NCBI GenBank assembly: GCA_964016885.1
Contig: CAXHJY010000096.1
Coordinates: forward strand, 2,790,001 to 2,854,000
Length of the DNA: 64,000 bases
Direction: 5' to 3'
Source: Eledone cirrhosa
Taxonomy: Eukaryota
A program made the position numbers and the translations under genes. Positions 1 through 11,880 of the stretch are shown one piece after another. The number at the start of each line of letters is the position of its first letter. Positions within the stretch are counted from its first letter, which is position 1. The notes under the pieces were generated by a model, which searched no databases, had not been told where the DNA came from, and saw only the letters and a program-made list of their open reading frames with translations.

Positions 1-295
1 GATAATTTGTAAAAAAAAATCAGGGGGAGATAATTTGTAAAAAAAATCAGGGGGAGATAATTTGTAAAAAAAAATCAGGGGGAGATAATTTGTAAAAAAA
101 ATCAGGGGGAGATAATTTGTAAAAAAATCAGGGGGAGATAATTTGTAAAAAAAAAATCAGGGGGAGATAATTTGTAAAAAAAATCAGGGGGAGATAATTT
201 GTAAAAAAAAATCAGGGGTAGATAAATTGTAAAAAAAAATCAGGGGGAGATAATTTGTAAAAAAAATCAGGGGGAGATAATTTGTAAAAAAAATG
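1..295 (+). repeat. Example block of type-A monomers, CAGGGGGAGATAATTTGT(A)nT (26-30 bp)
   Basis: About 11 consecutive units that differ mainly in A-tract length, with one GGGGTAGATAAATTG variant. Similar blocks recur throughout the window. Confidence 0.97.
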
Positions 296-1339
296 AAAGG
301 GGAGATAATATCCAGCCGTCCAAGGGGAGATAATTTCCAGCCGTCCAAGGGGAGATAATTTCCAGCCGTCCAAGGGGAGATAATTTCCATCCTTCCAAGG
401 GGATATAATTTCCAGCCGTCCAAGGGGAGATAATTTCCCGCCAGCCAAGGGAAGATAATTTTTAAAAAAATCAGGCGGAGATTGTAAAAAAAATCAGGGG
501 GGAGATAATTTGTAAAAAAATCAGGGGGAGATAATTTGTAAAAAATAATCAGGGGGAGATAATTTGTAAAAAAAAATCAAGGGGAGATAATTTCCAGCCG
601 TCCAAGGGGAGATAATTTCCCGCCAGCCAAGGGAAGATAATATTTAAAAAAATTAGGCGGAGATAATTTGTAAAAAAAATCAGGGGGAGATAATTTGTAA
701 AAAAATCAGGGGGAGATAATTTGTAAAAAAAATCAGGGGGAGATAATTTGTAAAAAAAATCATGGGGAGATAATTTGTAAAAAAAAATCAGGGGTAGATA
801 ATTTGTAAAAAAAAATCAGGGGGAGATAATTTGTAAAAAAAAATCAGGGGGAGATAATTTGTAAAAAAAATCAAGGGGAGATAATTTCCAGCCGTCCAAG
901 GGGAGATAATTTTCAGCTGTCCAAGGAGAGGTAATTTCTAGCCGTCCAAGGGGAGATAATTTCCAGCCGTCCAAGGGGAGGTAATTTCCAGCCGTCCAAG
1001 GGGAGATAATTTTAAAAAAAAAATCAGGCGGAGATAATTTGTAAAAAAAATCAAGGGGAGATAATTTGCAGCCGTCCAAGGGGAGATAATTTTCAGTCGT
1101 CCAAGGAGAGGTAATTTCTAGCCGTCCAAGAGGAGATAATTGCCAGCCGTCCAAGGGGAGATAATTTCCAGCCGTCCAAGGGGAGATAATTTTTTTTAAA
1201 AAATCAGGCGGAGATAATTTGTAAAAAAAATCAGGGGGAGATAATTTGTAAAAAAAATCAGGGGGAGATAATTTGTAAAAAAAAATCAGGGGTAGATAAT
1301 TTGTAAAAAAAAATCAGGGGGAGATAATTTGTAAAAAAA

Positions 1340-1850
1340 ATCAAGGGGAGATAATTTCCAGCCGTCCAAGGGAAGATAATTTCCAGCCCTCCAAGGGGCT
1401 ATAATTTCCAGCGTCCAAGGGGAGATAATTTCCAGCCAGCGAAGGGGAGATAATTTTTTAAAAAAAATCATTGGGAGATTTGTAAAAAAAATCAGGGGGA
1501 GATAATTTGTAAAAAAAATCAAGGGGAGATAATTTCCAGCCGTCCAAGGGGAGGTAATATCTAGCCGTCCAAGGGTAGATAATTTCCAGCCGTCCAACGG
1601 GAGATAATTTCCAGCCGTCCAAGGGTAGATAATATCCAGCCGCCCAAGGACATATTTTCCAGCCGTCCAAGGAGAGGTAATTTCTAGCCGTCCAAGGGGA
1701 GATAATTTCCAGCCGTCCAAGGGTAGATAATATCCAGCCGTCCAAGGACATATTTTCCAGCCGTCCAAGGAGAGGTAATTTCTAGCCGTCCAAGGGGAGA
1801 TAAATTCCAGCCTCCAAGGGGAGATAATTTCCAGCCAGCCAAGGGGAGAT
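1340..1850 (+). repeat. Recurrent marker module (CCCTCCAAGGGGCTATA / CCAGCGAAGGGG / TCATTGGGAGATTTG followed by a long B block)
   Basis: The diagnostic CATTGGGAGATTTG is seen at ~1.47, 3.63, 7.39, 13.18, 17.24, 19.03, 20.84, 22.49, 24.50, 28.80, 30.90, 36.29, 40.81, 42.90, 47.68, 49.89, 53.40, 57.62 and 63.33 kb. Confidence 0.9.
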
Positions 1851-2702
1851 AATTTGTAAAAAAATCAAGGGGAGATAATTTGTAAAAAAAATCAGGGGGA
1901 GATAATTTGTAAAAAAAAATCAGGGGGAGATAATTTGTAAAAAAAAATCAGGGGGAGATAATTTGCAAAAAAAATCAGGGGGAGATAATTTGTAAAAAAA
2001 AATCAGGGGTAGATAATTTGTAAAAAAAAATCAGGGGGAGATAATTTGTAAAAAAAAATCAGGGGGAGATAATTTGTAAAAAAAATCAAGGGGAGATAAT
2101 TTCCAGCCGTCCAAGGAGAGATAATTTTAAAAAAAATCAGGCGGAGATAATTTGTAAAAAAAAATCAGGGGGAGATAATTTGTAAAAAAAAATCAGGGGG
2201 AGATAATTTGTAAAAAAAAATCAGGGGGAGATAATTTGTAAAAAAAATCAGGAGGAGATAATTTGTAAAAAAAATCAAGGGGAGATAATTTCCAGCCGTC
2301 CAAGGAGAGATAATTTAAAAAAAAATCAGGCGGAGATAATTTGTAAAAAAAAATCAGGGGGAGATAATTTGTAAAAAAAATCAAGGGGAGATAATTTCCA
2401 GCCGTCCAAGGGGAGATAATTTTCAGCCGTCCAAGGGGAGATAATTTCCCGCCAGCCAAGGGAAGATAATATTCAAAAAAATCAGGCGGAGATAATTTGT
2501 AAAAAAAATCAGGGGGAGATAATTTGTAAAAAAATCAGGGGGAGATAATTTGTAAAAAAAAAAATCAGGGGGAGATAATTTTTAAAAAAAATCAGGGGGA
2601 GATAATTTGTAAAAAAAAATCAGGGGTAGATAATTTGTAAAAAAAAATCAGGGGGAGATAATTTGTAAAAAAAAATCAGGGGGAGATAACTTGTAAAAAA
2701 AA

Positions 2703-3110
2703 TGAAAGGGGAGATAATATCCAGCCGTCCAAGGGGAGATAATTTCCAGCCGTCCAAGGGGAGATAATTTCCAGCCGTCCAAGGGGAGATAATTTCCATC
2801 CTTCCAAGGGGATATAATTTCCAGCCGTCCAAGGGGAGATAATTTCCATCCTTCCAAGGGGATATAATTTCCAGCCGTCCAAGGGGAGATAATTTTCAGC
2901 CGTCCAAGGAGAGGTAATTTCTAGCCGTCCAAGGAGAGATAATTTCCAGCCGTCCAAGGGGAGATAATTTCCAGCCGTCCAAGGGGAGATAATTTCCAGC
3001 CGTCCAAGGAGACATATTTTCCAGCCGTCCAAGGAGAGGTAATTCCTAGCCGTCCAAGGGGAGATAAATTCCAGCCTCCAAGGGGAGATAATTTCCAGCC
3101 AGCCAAGGGG
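2703..3110 (+). repeat. Example long block of type-B monomers, CAAGGGGAGATAATTTCCAGCCGTC (25 bp), long TGAAAGGGG module
   Basis: About 16 consecutive 24-25 bp units, opened by TGAAAGGGG and closed by CCAGCCAGCCAA. The same module recurs at ~12.14, 16.31, 20.13, 23.78, 29.99, 35.58, 42.00, 48.97, 52.48 and 58.88 kb. Confidence 0.95.
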
Positions 3111-4059
3111 AGATAATTTGTAAAAAAAATCAGGGGGAGATAATTTGTAAAAAAAATCAGGGGGAGATAATTTGTAAAAAAAAATCAGGGGGAGATAATT
3201 TGTAAAAAATAATCAGGGGGAGATAATTTGTAAAAAAAATCAAGGGGAGATAATTTCCAGCCGTCCAAGGGGAGATAATTTTCAGCCGTCCAAGGGGAGA
3301 TAATTTCCCGCCAGCCAAGGGAAGATAATATTTAAAAAAATTAGGCGGAGATAATTTGTAAAAAAAATCAGGGGGAGATAATTTGTAAAAAAATCAGGGG
3401 GAGATAATTTGTAAAAAAAATCAGGGGGAGATAATTTGTAAAAAAAATCAGGGGGAGATAATTTGTAAAAAAAAATCAGGGGGAGATAATTTGTAAAAAA
3501 AATCAAGGGGAGATAATTTCCAGCCCTCCAAGGGAAGATAATTTCCAGCCCTCCAAAATGCTATAATTTCCGGCGTCCAAGGGGAGATAATTTCCAGCCA
3601 GCGAAGGGGAGATAATTTTTTTTTAAAAATCATTGGGAGATTTGTAAAAAAAATCAGGGGGAGATAATTTGTAAAAAAAATCAAGGGGAGATAATTTCCA
3701 GCCGTCCAAGGGGAGGTAATATCTAGCCGTCCAAGGGGAGATAATTTCCAGCCGTCCAAGGGGAGATAATTTCCAGCCGTCCAAGGGTAGATAATATCCA
3801 GCCGTCCAAGGACATATTTTCCAGCCGTCCAAGGAGAGGTAATTTCTAGCCGTCCAAGGGGAGATAAATTCCAGCCTCCAAGGTGAGATAATTTCCAGCC
3901 AGCCAAGGGGAGATAATTTGTAAAAAAATCAGGGGGAGATAATTTGTAAAAAAAATCAGGGGGAGATAATTTGTAAAAAAAAATCAGGGGGAGATAATTT
4001 GTAAAAAAAATCAGGGGGAGATAATTTGTAAAAAAAAATCAGGGGGAGATAATTTGTAA

Positions 4060-7000
4060 AAAAAATCAAGGGGAGATAATTTCCAGCCGTCCAAGGGGAG
4101 ATAATTTCCCACCAGCCAAGGGAAGATAATATTTAAAAAAATCAGGCGGAGATAATTTGTAAAAAAAATCAGGGGGAGATAATTTGTAAAAAAATCAGGG
4201 GGAGATAATTTGTAAAAAAAATCAGGGGGAGATAATTTGTAAAAAAAAATCAGGGGTAGATAAATTGTAAAAAAAAATCAGGGGGAGATAATTTGTAAAA
4301 AAAATCAGGGGGAGATAATTTGTAAAAAAAATGAAAGGGGAGATAATATCCAGCCGTCCAAGGGGAGATAATTTCCAGCCGTCCAAGGGGAGATAATTTC
4401 CAGCCGTCCAAGGGGAGATAATTTCCATCCTTCCAAGGGGATATAATTTCCAGCCGTCCAAGGGGAGATAATTTCCCGCCAGCCAAGGGAAGATAATTTT
4501 TAAAAAAATCAGGCGGAGATTGTAAAAAAAATCAGGGGGGAGATAATTTGTAAAAAAATCAGGGGGAGATAATTTGTAAAAAAAAATCAGGGGGAGATAA
4601 TTTGTAAAAAATAATCAGGGGGAGATAATTTGTAAAAAAAAATCAAGGGGAGATAATTTCCAGCCGTCCAAGGGGAGATAATTTCCCGCCAGCCAAGGGA
4701 AGATAATATTTAAAAAAATTAGGCGGAGATAATTTGTAAAAAAAATCAGGGGGAGATAATTTGTAAAAAAATCAGGGGGAGATAATTTGTAAAAAAAATC
4801 AGGGGGAGATAATTTGTAAAAAAAATCATGGGGAGATAATTTGTAAAAAAAAATCAGGGGTAGATAATTTGTAAAAAAAAATCAGGGGGAGATAATTTGT
4901 AAAAAAAAATCAGGGGGAGATAATTTGTAAAAAAAATCAAGGGGAGATAATTTCCAGCCGTCCAAGGGGAGATAATTTTCAGCTGTCCAAGGAGAGGTAA
5001 TTTCTAGCCGTCCAAGGGGAGATAATTTCCAGCCGTCCAAGGGGAGGTAATTTCCAGCCGTCCAAGGGGAGATAATTTTAAAAAAAAAATCAGGCGGAGA
5101 TAATTTGTAAAAAAAATCAAGGGGAGATAATTTGCAGCCGTCCAAGGGAAGATAATTTTCAGTCGTCCAAGGAGAGGTAATTTCTAGCCGTCCAAGGGGA
5201 GATAATTGCCAGCCGTCCAAGGGGAGATAATTTCCAGCCGTCCAAGGGGAGATAATTTTTTTTAAAAAATCAGGCGGAGATAATTTGTAAAAAAAATCAG
5301 GGGGAGATAATTTGTAAACAAAATCAGGGGGAGATAATTTGTAAAAAAAATCAGGGGGAGATAATTTGTAAAAAAAATCATGGGGAGATAATTTGTAAAA
5401 AAAAATCAGGGGTAGATAATTTGTAAAAAAAAATCAGGGGGAGATAATTTGTAAAAAAAAATCAGGGGGAGATAATTTGTAAAAAAAATCAAGGGGAGAT
5501 AATATCCAGCCGTCCAAGGAGAGATAATTTTAAAAAAAAATGAGGCGGAGATAATTTGTAAAAAAAAAATCAGGGGGAGTTAATTTGTAAAAAAAAATGA
5601 GGGGGAGATAATTTGTAAAAAAAATCAAGGGGAGATAATTTCCAGCCGTCCAAGGGGAGATAATTTTCAGCCGTCCAAGGAGAGGTAATTTCTAGCCGTC
5701 CAAGGGGAGATAATTTCCAGCCGTCCAAGGGGAGGTAATTTCCAGCCGTCCAAGGGGAGATAAATTAAAAAAAAAATCAGGCGGAGATAATTTGTAAAAA
5801 AAATCAAGGGGAGATAATTTGCAGCCGTCCAATGGGAGATAATTTTCAGTCGTCCAAGGAGAGGTAATTTCTAGCCGTCCAAGGGGAGATAATTTCCAGC
5901 CGTCCAAGGGGAGATAATTTCCAGCCGTCCAAGGGGAGATAATTTTTTTTAAAAAATCAGGCGGAGATAATTTGTAAAAAAAATCAGGGGGAGATAATTT
6001 GTAAACAAAATCAGGGGGAGATAATTTGTAAAAAAAAATCAGGGGGAGATAATTTGTAAAAAAAATTAGGCGTAGATAATTTGTAAAAAAAAATCAGGGG
6101 GAGATAATTTGTAAAAAAAATCAGGGGGAGATAATTTGTTTAAAAAATCAAGGGGAGATAATTTGCAGCCGTCCAAGGGGAGATAATTTTCAACCGTCCA
6201 AGGAGAGGTAATTTCTAGCCGTTCAAGGGGAGATAAATTCCAGCCGTCCAAGGGGAGATAATTTCCAGCCGTCCAAGGGGAGATAATTTTTTTTAAAAAA
6301 TCAGGCGGAGATAATTTGTAAAAAAAAATCAGGGGGAGATAATTCGTAAAAAAAAATCAGGGGGAGATAATTTGTAAAAAAAAATCAGGGGGAGATAATT
6401 TGTAAAAAAAATCAAGGGGAGATAATTTCCAGCCGTCCAAGGGGAGGTAATATCTAGCCGTCCAAGGGGAGATAATTTCCAGCCGTCCAAGGGGAGATAA
6501 TTTCCAGCCGTCCAAGGGGAGATAATTTCCAGCCGTCCAAGGAGACATATTTTCCAGCCGTCCAGGGCGAGGTAATTTCTAGCCGTCCAAGGGGAGATAA
6601 ATTCCAGCCTCCAAGGGGAGATAATTTCCAGCCAGCCAAGGGGAGATAATTTGTAAAAAAATCAGGGGGAGATAATTTGTAAAAAATATCAGGGAGATAA
6701 TTTGTAAAAAAAAATCAGGGGGAGATAATTTGTAAAAAAAATCAGGGGGAGATAATTTGTAAAAAAAAATCAGGGGGAGATAATTTGTAAAAAAAATCAA
6801 GGGGAGATAATTTCCAGCCGTCCAAGGGGAGATAATTTTCAGCCGTCCAAGGAGAGGTAATTTCTAGCCGTCCGAGGAGAGATAATTTCCAGCCGTCCAA
6901 GGGGAGATAATTTCCAGCCGTCCAAGGGGAGATAATATCCAGCCGTCCAAGGACATATTTTCCAGCCGTCCAAGGAGAGGTAATTTCTAGCCGTCCAAGG

Positions 7001-10000
7001 GGAGATAATTTCCAGCCAGCCAAGGGGAGATAATTTGTAAAAAAATCAGGGGGAGATAATTTGCAAAAAAAATCAGGGGGAGATAATTTGTAAAAAAATC
7101 AGGGGGAGATAATTTGTAAAAAATAATCAGGGGGAGATAATTTCCAGCCGTCGAAGGGGAGATAATTTAAAAAAAAATCAGGCGGAGATAATTTGTAAAA
7201 AAAAATCAGGGGGAGATAATTTGTAAAAAAAAATCAGGGGGAGATAATTTGTAAAATAAATCAAGGGGAGATAATTTCCAGCCGTCCAAGGGAAGATAAT
7301 TTCCAGCCCTCCAAGGGGCTATAATTTCCAGCGTCCAAGGGGAGATAATTTCCAGCCAGCGAAGGGGAGATAATTTTTTAAAAAAAATCATTGGGAGATT
7401 TGTAAAAAAAATCAGGGGGAGATAATTTGTAAAAAAAATCAAGGGGAGATAATTTCCAGCCGTCCAAGGGGAGGTAATATCTAGCCGTCCAAGGGTAGAT
7501 AATTTCCAGCCGTCCAACAGGAGATAATTTCCAGCCGTCCAAGGGTAGATAATATCCAGCCGCCCAAGGACATATTTTCCAGCCGTCCAAGGAGAGGTAA
7601 TTTCTAGCCGTCCAAGGGGAGATAATTTCCAGCCGTCCAAGGGTAGATAATATCCAGCCGTCCAAGGACATATTTTCCAGCCGTCCAAGGAGAGGTAATT
7701 TCTAGCCGTCCAAGGGGAGATAAATTCCAGCCTCCAAGGGGAGATAATTTCCAGCCAGCCAAGGGGAGATAATTTGTAAAAAAATCAGGGGGAGATAATT
7801 TGTAAAAAAAATCAGGGGGAGATAATTTGTAAAAAAAAATCAGGGGGAGATAATTTGTAAAAAAAAATCAGGGGGAGATAATTTGCAAAAAAAATCAGGG
7901 GGAGATAATTTGTAAAAAAAAATCAGGGGTAGATAATTTGTAAAAAAAAATCAGGGGGAGATAATTTGTAAAAAAAAATCAGGGGGAGATAATTTGTAAA
8001 AAAAATCAAGGGGAGATAATTTCCAGCCGTCCAAGGAGAGATAATTTTAAAAAAAATCAGGCGGAGATAATTTGTAAAAAAAAATCAGGGGGAGATAATT
8101 TGTAAAAAAAAATCAGGGGGAGATAATTTGTAAAAAAAAATCAGGGGGAGATAATTTGTAAAAAAAATCAGGAGGAGATAATTTGTAAAAAAAATCAAGG
8201 GGAGATAATTTCCAGCCGTCCAAGGAGAGATAATTTTAAAAAAAATCAGGCGGAGATAATTTGTAAAAAAAAATCAGGGGGAGATAATTTGTAAAAAAAA
8301 ATCAGGGGGAGATAATTTGTAAAAAAAATCAAGGGGAGATAATTTCCAGCCGTCCAAGGGGAGATAATTTTCAGCCGTCCAAGGGGAGATAATTTCCCGC
8401 CAGCCAAGGGAAGATAATATTCAAAAAAATCAGGCGGAGATAATTTGTAAAAAAAATCAGGGGGAGATAATTTGTAAAAAAATCAGGGGGAGATAATTTG
8501 TAAAAAAAAAAATCAGGGGGAGATAATTTTTAAAAAAAATCAGGGGGAGATAATTTGTAAAAAAAAATCAGGGGTAGATAATTTGTAAAAAAAAATCAGG
8601 GGGAGATAATTTGTAAAAAAAAATCAGGGGGAGATAATTTGTAAAAAAAAATCAGGGGGAGATAATTTGTAAAAAAAATCAAGGGGAGATAATTTCCAGC
8701 CGTCCAAGGGGAGATAATTTCCCGCCAGCCAAGGGAAGATAATATTTAAAAAAATCAGGCGGAGATAATTTGTAAAAAAAATCAGGGGGAGATAATTTGT
8801 AAAAAAATCAGGGGGAGATAATTTGTAAAAAAAATCAGGGGGAGATAATTTGTAAAAAAAAATCAGGGGTAGATAAATTGTAAAAAAAAATCAGGGGGAG
8901 ATAATTTGTAAAAAAAATCAGGGGGAGATAATTTGTAAAAAAAATGAAAGGGGAGATAATATCCAGCCGTCCAAGGGGAGATAATTTCCAGCCGTCCAAG
9001 GGGAGATAATTTCCAGCCGTCCAAGGGGAGATAATTTCCATCCTTCCAAGGGGATATAATTTCCAGCCGTCCAAGGGGAGATAATTTCCCGCCAGCCAAG
9101 GGAAGATAATTTTTAAAAAAATCAGGCGGAGATTGTAAAAAAAATCAGGGGGGAGATAATTTGTAAAAAAATCAGGGGGAGATAATTTGTAAAAAAAAAT
9201 CAGGGGGAGATAATTTGTAAAAAATAATCAGGGGGAGATAATTTGTAAAAAAAAATCAAGGGGAGATAATTTCCAGCCGTCCAAGGGGAGATAATTTCCC
9301 GCCAGCCAAGGGAAGATAATATTTAAAAAAATTAGGCGGAGATAATTTGTAAAAAAAATCAGGGGGAGATAATTTGTAAAAAAATCAGGGGGAGATAATT
9401 TGTAAAAAAAATCAGGGGGAGATAATTTGTAAAAAAAATCATGGGGAGATAATTTCTGAAAAAAAATCAGGGGTAGATAATTTGTAAAAAAAAATCAGGG
9501 GGAGATAATTTGTAAAAAAAAATCAGGGGGAGATAATTTGTAAAAAAAATCAAGGGGAGATAATTTCCAGCCGTCCAAGGGGAGATAATTTTCAGCTGTC
9601 CAAGGAGAGGTAATTTCTAGCCGTCCAAGGGGAGATAATTTCCAGCCGTCCAAGGGGAGGTAATTTCCAGCCGTCCAAGGGGAGATAATTTAAAAAAAAA
9701 AATCAGGCGGAGATAATTTGTAAAAAAAATCAAGGGGAGATAATTTGCAGCCGTCCAAGGGAAGATAATTTTCAGTCGTCCAAGGAGAGGTAATTTCTAG
9801 CCGTCCAAGGGGAGATAATTGCCAGCCGTCCAAGGGGAGATAATTTCCAGCCGTCCAAGGGGAGATAATTTTTTTTAAAAAATCAGGCGGAGATAATTTG
9901 TAAAAAAAATCAGGGGGAGATAATTTGTAAACAAAATCAGGGGGAGATAATTTGTAAAAAAAATCAGGGGGAGATAATTTGTAAAAAAAATCATGGGGAG

Positions 10001-11880
10001 ATAATTTGTAAAAAAAAATCAGGGGTAGATAATTTGTAAAAAAAAATCAGGGGGAGATAATTTGTAAAAAAAAATCAGGGGGAGATAATTTGTAAAAAAA
10101 ATCAAGGGGAGATAATATCCAGCCGTCCAAGGAGAGATAATTTTAAAAAAAAATGAGGCGGAGATAATTTGTAAAAAAAAAATCAGGGGGAGTTAATTTG
10201 TAAAAAAAAATGAGGGGGAGATAATTTGTAAAAAAAATCAAGGGGAGATAATTTCCAGCCGTCCAAGGGGAGATAATTTTCAGCCGTCCAAGGAGAGGTA
10301 ATTTCTAGCCGTCCAAGGGGAGATAATTTCCAGCCGTCCAAGGGGAGGTAATTTCCAGCCGTCCAAGGGGAGATAAATTAAAAAAAAAATCAGGCGGAGA
10401 TAATTTGTAAAAAAAATCAAGGGGAGATAATTTGCAGCCGTCCAATGGGAGATAATTTTCAGTCGTCCAAGGAGAGGTAATTTCTAGCCGTCCAAGGGGA
10501 GATAATTTCCAGCCGTCCAAGGGGAGATAATTTCCAGCCGTCCAAGGGGAGATAATTTTTTTTTAAAAATCAGGCGGAGATAATTTGTAAAAAAAATCAG
10601 GGGGAGATAATTTGTAAACAAAATCAGGGGGAGATAATTTGTAAAAAAAAATCAGGGGGAGATAATTTGTAAAAAAAATTAGGCGTAGATAATTTGTAAA
10701 AAAAAATCAGGGGGAGATAATTTGTAAAAAAAATCAGGGGGAGATAATTTGTTTAAAAAATCAAGGGGAGATAATTTGCAGCCGTCCAAGGGGAGATAAT
10801 TTTCAGCCGTCCAAGGAGAGGTAATTTCTAGCCGTTCAAGGGGAGATAAATTCCAGCCGTCCAAGGGGAGATAATTTCCAGCCGTCCAAGGGGAGATAAT
10901 TTTTTTTAAAAAATCAGGCGGAGATAATTTGTAAAAAAAAATCAGGGGGAGATAATTCGTAAAAAAAAATCAGGGGGAGATAATTTGTAAAAAAAAATCA
11001 GGGGGAGATAATTTGTAAAAAAAATCAAGGGGAGATAATTTCCAGCCGTCCAAGGGGAGGTAATATCTAGCCGTCCAAGGGGAGATAATTTCCAGCCGTC
11101 CAAGGGGAGATAATTTCCAGCCGTCCAAGGGGAGATAATTTCCAGCCGTCCAAGGAGACATATTTTCCAGCCGTCCAGGGCGAGGTAATTTCTAGCCGTC
11201 CAAGGGGAGATAAATTCCAGCCTCCAAGGGGAGATAATTTCCAGCCAGCCAAGGGGAGATAATTTGTAAAAAAATCAGGGGGAGATAATTTGTAAAAAAT
11301 ATCAGGGAGATAATTTGTAAAAAAAAATCAGGGGGAGATAATTTGTAAAAAAAATCAGGGGGAGATAATTTGTAAAAAAAAATCAGGGGGAGATAATTTG
11401 TAAAAAAAATCAAGGGGAGATAATTTCCAGCCGTCCAAGGAGAGGTAATTTCTAGCCGTCCGAGGAGAGATAATTTCCAGCCGTCCAAGGGGAGATAATT
11501 TCCAGCCGTCCAAGGGGAGATAATATCCAGCCGTCCAAGGACATATTTTCCAGCCGTCCAAGGAGAGGTAATTTCTAGCCGTCCAAGGGGAGATAATTTC
11601 CAGCCAGCCAAGGGGAGATAATTTGTAAAAAAATCAGGGGGAGATAATTTGCAAAAAAAATCAGGGGGAGATAATTTGTAAAAAAATCAGGGGGAGATAA
11701 TTTATAAAAAATAATCAGGGGGAGATAATTTCCAGCCGTCGAAGGGGAGATAATTTAAAAAAAAATCAGGCGGAGATAATTTGTAAAAAAAAATCAGGGG
11801 GAGATAATTTGTAAAAAAAAATCAGGGGGAGATAATTTGTAAAATAAATCAAGGGGAGATAATTTCCAGCCGTCCAAGGG
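4060..11880 (+). repeat. Higher-order duplication, offset 4613 bp (~4.06-7.29 kb copied at ~8.68-11.88 kb)
   Basis: Identical or near-identical ORF-track entries are offset by 4613 (4222/8835, 5692/10305, 6066/10679, 6357/10970, 6454/11067). The private variant TCCAGGGCGAGG is at 6561 and 11174. The offset drops to 4588 after loss of one 25-bp unit. Confidence 0.9.

Noticed and set aside
1-295. Canonical G-quadruplex array
   Set aside because: G tracts are separated by ~21-23 nt loops, far longer than the canonical 1-7 nt, so stable intramolecular G4 is not supported from sequence alone.
300-430. Shine-Dalgarno-like GGAG, NF-kB-like GGG..TTTCC, or intrinsic terminator (dyad plus T run on the minus strand)
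   Set aside because: There are no associated genes, the spacing is too long for a kappaB site, and the dyad is too weak and not adjacent to the T tract in the same monomer. These are incidental motif matches.
1850-2100. Kinetoplast-like phased A-tract DNA curvature
   Set aside because: A tracts recur every 27-28 bp (~2.6 helical turns), out of phase with 10.5 bp, so bends would largely cancel rather than add.
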